A DNA stretch of 55,986 nucleotides, counting the filler, from Sphacelaria rigidula (lineage: Eukaryota): NCBI GenBank assembly GCA_964200075.2. It is 4 parts of 4 records of this genome, joined end to end, with 100 filler letters (N's around TTAATTAATTAA, not from the genome) between each part and the next. Parts side by side here need not be neighbours in the genome. Positions count along the whole stretch, not along the records: positions 42,067 to 55,986 come from CAXNAA020002587.1; 3 more parts are not named here. The stretch is one strand, 5' to 3'. The position numbers and the translations under genes are program-made. Shown piece after piece: positions 49,601 through 55,986 of the stretch (its first letter is position 1; each line of letters opens with the position of its first letter). Under the pieces are notes generated by a model, which was not told the origin of the DNA, ran no database searches, and worked only from the letters and a program-made list of their open reading frames with translations.

Positions 49601-50309
49601 AAAGTCCACGTGCAAAAGGTGTTTTCTGTGTTATTATGTGACATTTCGGCATTGTACACAATAATTAGTGAGCTAGTAAACTGCCGCTCGTGAAAACTCT
49701 GCACCGCCTGTATCGCGTATTACGGTGTGTTGTATTTTGGGACTCTGGAATTTATTTGATCTCTGTAATTTATCTTATCTGCCTTTGCAACGCCTGTACA
49801 AAATGCGGAAGTGTACTGTTTTCGATTTTACTCGAAGTAACCTTGAGCATGGGCTATGCAGCCTGTTTTCGGCTGGATCACCATGCAGGACGGTAATATA
49901 TCAGAAGTGACCTCGCGGGGCAGTGGTCCATTCGGAAGGACCGGCAACAGAAAGGACGACCGTATCAAACCGTAATCACCATGATAATGAACAGTACAGA
50001 CAACAGCGGCCTCAAACCAAACGCCTGAACGATCAACAAAAAACAATTAGAAACAGGTAATATGAAGGTGACGCAAAGTAGGCGAAGCCACTATGATGTG
50101 TAAGTGGGCAAAATGGCCAACACAGCCTCAACACCATGCGGGCGTGCTTGTCAGGGGAAAAGTCACGTGGAAGCCTCAGTCGTGAAAGTTGGGGCACGTG
50201 TGGTAGCGACAATCATTCGCGAACAAAAACCCGTGCGGTCAAAGTGGAGCACTGTATAAAGTGCATATTCCAACATGCAGTGCGATAGCAAGCAAGAAAA
50301 GTACAACAA

Positions 50310-50600
50310 GCCATAGGCGGCAGACGCAAAAACTACAACACCACAAGCGGGACAGCAACCGCAAAACAGGGTAGCGGAAAGCCCAGCGGAAACGGCAGCA
50401 GCAACAGCAATAGCAACGCTGATAGCAGCAACGAGAGCAACAATCAATAACAATAACAAGCAACAATGACAACAAAAACAGAGGGCAACAGGACACCAGC
50501 AAAACGACGGTGGCGCGGCAGCAACAAACGACAGCACAGGCGCAAGGCTAAAGCCCAACAACAAACAGCAGCAGCCCACCGACGCGGCAGCGAAATGACA
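50310..50600. repeat. Degenerate CAA/CAG-rich low-complexity tract
   Basis: Runs such as GCAGCAGCAACAGCAATAGCAAC and AACAATAACAAGCAACAATGACAAC. Confidence 0.7.
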
Positions 50601-52525
50601 GCACCATCGCGCGGCGAAAACATTACGCCGGCCTAGGTAGCACAGCAGCTGCGTGGAACAGCAGTCCCGAAAAGGCCTGAAGGGTGACACCCGAAGTAGG
50701 ATGACGCATGCCTCGAGATGATAAATTGTAGCGCGTTCTGATGAGCTCGTTCGAATGCTCGCTCGAATGCTAGTTCATGCTCGCGACCGTATACGACTTT
50801 CAATCAATTTTATTGGCTAGGTCAATTGTGCTTGAAAGGTCTGGTTATCTCCGTCGTATCGTAGGGCGCGACACTCCACTGTGACAAGAGCAAGTGTTGA
50901 TGAGTCACCCGGGCATAAAGCCGTTGGTGGCGCTCTGCTTGGGTTGTATGTATCATAGTGCAACGCGGGCGGGAGAACAGCGCAACGCGAAACACCGATG
51001 GAACAAAGCAGCCTACCTGGTTCTACGCTTCTTTTACTGTTCAGCGTACTTTGCCATGTCGAGACAAGTCCAAAAGAGAGTGCAGGGAACCGGAAGCTGC
51101 ATACCATGGTACACTGTTCTTGATCTTGAAACACATGAGTGACATCCAACTGTGAACTAGCACTATGTCCACTTCATGCTCATTAGGAGATAAGGCGATA
51201 TCACAGCTAGGATTTGCTTGACACTTTGAGAAGCACACTGTTTACTATATATAAATGAAGTAACGTGTCAGCAGATCGAAATTGCACGCCAAAAACGTTT
51301 GCCAAAACTCTCCCCTTCAAAAACAATTTGTGTTAGGAGCATGCCGGGTTGACTTTACACAAACACGCAAGCAAATACAGATCGGTCACCATGTCACGAA
51401 CCGATAGTTACCGCCTAGGGGTGAAGGGTGCCGTGCCAGTCAGGTGGGCACCCGTACATCCATGATCAACCCCATTCGAGGGTATCGATTCGTTAAGTTC
51501 GACTTTCAGGTCTCGGAGTCAACGGACGCTCATACAGTCGGTTGGCATGCACCCGGCCCGCAAGGACGTTAGAGCAACATCCTTTGCAGGGGAGTCAGGC
51601 CTACATTGGAAGAAGACCAGAGACAACTCTGATGTCGCAGTCCGTGGGTGACGTAAATGCTTCTTGTATTATCGGCGTACGGGCTAGTAGCTGCTAAAGT
51701 GGCTCGAGATCAGTTTCCAACAGACTGTGAAAGCCCGGGGGTCATCTCTTGCCTCAGAAATCAAACAGACTCGAAAATGGCACATGACCTGTCGGATTAA
51801 ACATAGCAGGAGTATGACAGATGGAGTCTACTCAACTGGAGAATAACCAATGGATCCGGAACACAACACCAAGCGTCACGCAGCTGCACGGTGGGCCGAG
51901 GGGCCCCATATCGGGAAAGAATGCGGGGAACTCACAAATTGGGAATGCATCTTTTTTAGGGGATGGGCAAGGTCAAAAGTTGGACCGAAAAATGCCAAAA
52001 AGCATTCCTCGGAAATATTGTTCTGTCATTTGTCTGACAGTCACGGGAGGTTTCGGAGGGTGTCCAGCGGAGGTACGTATATGACTACTGCCGAGTTTTC
52101 ATTGATCCGCACTACTACTACTATACTGCCGTACTGTATGCACGTGTTGTACAGTATATGAAGATGACATCGTCCCGCGTATATCGCCCTGCTGCATTCA
52201 TGGCGACGAGCAGATGCCCCAGGCAGGCATTTGTGTACATGCCGCCCCTACTACCAACAGTGCCAACCGCTTATTATTGGTGGCCCCGCGTTCCAATAAC
52301 ACGAAGCTGAGATTCGTTGTAGTAACATAGAGTAGGCAAAAAAGCCCTGGACCCCCACTCCATTTTCCTCAGTTTGATCCGGCTGAGGGGTGAAGGGGGG
52401 GAAGGTGTGGTATTGTTCACAGCACACTAAACCCTAAAGAAAACAAGTCGCTTGACCTCAGAGTGGGGACGAAAGTACTGGAACTGGGGAGGACGGATGG
52501 TATTTTTCACTGTATGCTACGCCGT

Positions 52526-52605
52526 GCCCCGGTGGTCTGATGGCCCGTCTGTAGCCATCAGGGTGCAGAGAACGAGCGTTCGATTCCCGATATCTTGTTT
52601 TTTTT
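52526..52605 (+). repeat. tRNA-derived (SINE-like) head
   Basis: GCCCCGGTGGTCTGATGG A-box-like, GTTCGATTCCCGA B box, T8 run. Confidence 0.5.
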
Positions 52606-53332
52606 CTTCAAGGTATGTGCTTTCCACCGTGGAAAGCGTGAGAACGTGAGTAAACAAAGTTGTCGACTGAGTTTGTTCGACGGGGATTGACGCGGTGGGG
52701 GAGCGCTGATCCAGTCCGTTAGACCAAAATGCAAGGCGTGTACCGGGGAGATATGGATTAATCCCTTGAGACCGCGGACTCGTGTCGAGGAAGGGGAGTG
52801 GTTCAAAGTGCGACAAATAGAAGAACTAAAAATTCAAAGTAATACTAAAGCCCATAGAAGTAGAGATACAACACTAATTCCTATACAAAAAACAAGAAAA
52901 AAAATCTTGTGCCGGCCGAGGGTGTGTGTGTGTGGAGGGGGAGGGGGGGGGGTAGTGTGGGTCTACATTTTTTAACTTCTTGCCCACCCTCGTGGTAACT
53001 CGCATTATGGTTGATATTCAGCGTGGTGGTGTTGTTTCGAAGTCCGTAGCCATTAGCCATCTAACTATTCCTCCGTACTCCGTGCTGTCACTTAAGTTAC
53101 TTCTTCCTGTACTCATTGCTACCGCGCCATTCTTTCTTGCGCGCGGGCATGCCCCCCCTTTCTCATATGAAGACCATAGCACACACACACGCACAGTTGT
53201 TTGATCTTTCCAATTCTATTTCTTACCCCCGCACCGACTCCAGGAACATGTTACGGACAAACGTACAGTAGCACCCTTCCACGCCCTCCCTAGCTAAAAA
53301 TCACTGTCCAGCTATAGACCACTGTATCAGCT

Positions 53333-54075
53333 TCAGGCGCCCTTGTCTTCCTGGTCGTCTTCCTGCTCTTCCTCTTCCTGCTCTTCGTCCTCCTCGTCTT
53401 CGTCTTCGTTCTTATCTTCCTCTGATGATATGTCGCTGTAGCAACTGTCGCCGCCGTCATCGCTCCCAGATTCGGATAAGGCGCTGCTCTCGCCACTGTC
53501 GCCGTTGCCCCGCGCTCGCCTGAGACGGCGCGTTTTGCGGGTTGTGGCAGCCGTGGCGGCGGATTTCTTGTGCTTCCTCCGAGCGGGTAAGGCATCGGAA
53601 TCCGGCGAGTCCGGCGCCTCGTACTCAAACCCTGGACGATCATCGCACCGGGGAAAACGTAAAATGGTGTCGTTTCTCGTTCGCCCGCCGCCTGTTTTCT
53701 GAAGTCTTATTGGCGGTAGCAGCAGCCGTGAATCCCGCCTTGGCATTCGCCTTGGCGAACGGGCGCAATAGCTCTGCACGGGTGCCGGCCGGTGGAACTA
53801 CAGACTGTATTTTCATAATCGCCTCGCGCGCGTTGTTCCAAAGGGCGTAATGCAGAGGACACGGACCGTTCGAGCGTAGGTACGAGTAATCGCGTGGGCC
53901 ACACACTCCTGTCGCCGACAGCATCTTCTGGAGCTGCTCGTTGTTCGCCACGTGGAGCATACGGATGTACATGTCATCACTTCGTATGTACCTCACGATG
54001 GGATGTCGCAAGCATTGACGGCGTAGCTGCGGCCTTGTTGCGGGAATAGAGTTTGTTTATTTGTGATGGTCGCCT
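53333..54075 (-). pseudogene. Disrupted coding relic with acidic tail; possibly a Kolobok/Mutator-like transposase C-terminus
   Basis: GDHHK*TNS...HVANNEQLQKML...PRDYSYLRS...ALWNNAREAIMKI..VVPPAG...NRRRANEKR, frameshift, then PGFEYEAP...EDEDEEDEE. Confidence 0.4.
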
Positions 54076-54272
54076 GCGCATGGCAATGGGGGTGGTGGCG
54101 AGGGTCGACATGGGGGTCGGTGGAGATCCTTTGTTATTACAAGGTTCCCCTTCGGGACATTGGTACGGGCCTCCCGGGGGTGACGCAGGCCGAAAATATA
54201 TGGTCAAGAGAGGCTGGTGCTGTGCGTTTCGGGCTCTTTGGATTTTGTTCGCCAGATCAAAAACAAAAACAG

Positions 54273-54308
<36 letters not shown>
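54273..54308. repeat. (CTA)n microsatellite; (TTG)n tracts also at ~16283-16307 and ~22146-22170
   Basis: Read directly. Confidence 0.95.
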
Positions 54309-54770
54309 ATGTCATAATATAATAGTAATATGGAGGAACGCAGGGGTTGTGTAGGTCGCCACCCCTCTCACTCACACACGTGACACGGTGCCACAGCAGA
54401 GACACAATGGACATCACCCCAGGGGAGCAAGGTTATTATGTAGACCCAGTTAGCTGCTGATGGGATGGTTATAGCGCTAGCAAAGACGGCAGCGCTAACA
54501 TCGAGCAACAGTGCGCTGGTTTATTCGTGGCAGCAGACTGCCGTCTCTTGATGTCATCGCAGTCTCGGCAAATCACTGCGTCGTGCTACGCTACGTCTTA
54601 CGACACAGTGGCATAATCTTTTTGGCTACAATTCAAAAAAAGTTCTTGTTTGCTATTTCTCACTTGATTTCAAAGTACCGTGGGGTGCGGACGTGTGGAC
54701 AAGATATTTCTTGCAGCACCCTTCATGGAGCCGGGAAAAAAAACTGAAGCCAGGATAACTATTATACGTA

Positions 54771-55253
54771 GGCCGCTTCTCATAGATCGGAAAAAAGTAT
54801 CTCTGAGAAGTGCCGTTTTGAACATTTCATCACGGGTTATCGGCAGAATACAACCCTTGGCGGAGTTGGTCTCCTCGGAAAGATTAGCGATGTTTTTCAC
54901 GAGGATTCTTGCGCACGTCTCCGATTGTTTGTACGCCCAGTTTTACTTTCGACCGGATTATGATTTTTTCAGTCGCCGCGAAAATCGTCCAGTTGTCGTA
55001 TATAATACGTACATTTTCCCGACAACTCGAAGTTTTCGGGGGCGACTGAAAAAATCCGCAATCCGACCAAAAGTCAAACTGGGCATACGAAAGATCGGAC
55101 AAGCGCGCTGGAATCGTCGTGAAAAGTACAGCGAATCTTTCCGAGGAGGCCCAATCCGCCAAGGCCCATATTCCGCCAATAATCCGTGATGAAAGGTTCA
55201 AGAGGGCAGCTCTCATAGCAGAGAGAATTTTCTTCAGTCTATAAGAAGCGGCC
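54771..55253. mobile_element. Foldback MITE, PIF/Harbinger-like
   Basis: GGCCGCTTCT(C/T)ATAGA termini, ~230-bp imperfect arms around a loop at ~55000-55020; flanks GTA / TTA. Confidence 0.8.
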
Positions 55254-55343
55254 TTAGAGGCCAAAATCGACACCAAAGTGTCCCAAAAAATCTGAATGAT
55301 AAGAAACCTGAAAAGGGAAAATGAGCCTACGGAGCAAAGTTAA

Positions 55344-55759
55344 CACGCAATTCTACTAATTGAGGATGGAATTATTTGTTGAGGATGAACCTCGGGAACC
55401 TTCGTCAGCATTGAAATATATTCGATTGTAAACAACAAATGCGGTCTCGGGCCGTCATGTGCGGTCTCGTTCATCCCAAAAAAGAAAAAACACCCGCAAT
55501 TTGAAATACCCCGTTTTTTTAGTGGAACTGGATAAATAGGAACATTTTTTTGTGCCGGTATGACCGCGGGACGACATTGTTCGGTATAAAAAAAACGGAT
55601 TTTCCCAATATCAGATGTATTCTTTTGTGGATGAATTAGACCACACGCCACGGGCGGAGAATCCATTTGTATTTTTTTTTCGAGAATATTTCGATGCGCA
55701 TGAAGCTTCCCAAGGTTCATCCCAAAAACAAATCCATCAGCGATTTGTAAAACCGCGTG
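55344..55759. mobile_element. Older CAC-terminal foldback element
   Basis: CACGC...GCGTG ends; GGATGAACCTCGGGAACCTTC pairs with GAAGCTTCCCAAGGTTCATCC, and TTCATCCCAAAAAGAA with TTCTTTTGTGGATGAA. Confidence 0.65.
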
Positions 55760-55986
55760 ATGAAGGCCTCGAAAAACTCCGAACAAACACGTTCGTTACG
55801 ACAGGCCCTCGGCATATACTCCTTATGTCCCATAGGCCTGTGCCCTTATGGGCGTGGAATCCTTCGGGTATAACGGTGTTGACCACCATATTAAGGTTGA
55901 GTGCGTCCTGTGGCGAAATCACGCCGTCACGATTGAGTATATAGTGGATCCTGGATGATGACCACGGGACAAGGGCATCCTGTAGA

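Noticed and set aside
50163..50690. Hydrophobic Cys/Leu-rich membrane-protein-like ORF (also 21738-22307)
   Set aside because: Translation of CAA/TTG low-complexity tracts.
54680..55276. Similar peptides on opposite strands suggesting a duplicated gene
   Set aside because: A consequence of the palindromic foldback element.

Overview
Eukaryotic, repeat-dense genomic DNA. The long MITE-filled introns, GTGAG donors and (TTG)n/(CAA)n tracts look like a brown alga or other stramenopile; that assignment is inference. The window is four contigs joined by 100-bp N spacers carrying an artificial TTAATTAATTAA linker, so synteny across those joins is unproven. Two spliced host genes can be read on the + strand, both lacking identifiable 5' exons: an ankyrin-repeat protein (exons 5893-6143, 9862-10030, 11182-11328) and a Tas-like aldo-keto reductase (exons 15829-15927, 16911-17023, 17755-17893, 19086-19255, 22421-22466). 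The rest is mostly transposon-derived: two head-to-head hAT relics, two decayed Ty3/Gypsy elements, a possible Kolobok-type transposase relic, tRNA-like Pol III heads and many MITEs with readable TIRs and TSDs. The most notable observations are: (i) one ~257-bp GAG...CTC element family with 4-bp TSDs sits in the 5' region of both unrelated Gypsy elements in the same sense orientation; (ii) piggyBac-type MITEs are chained end-to-end through shared TTAA sites; (iii) one Gypsy gag has a CCCH zinc finger and a hairpin at its presumed primer-binding site; (iv) there is a duplicated, decayed RanBP2-like zinc-finger sequence. None of these is proven novel without database searches.
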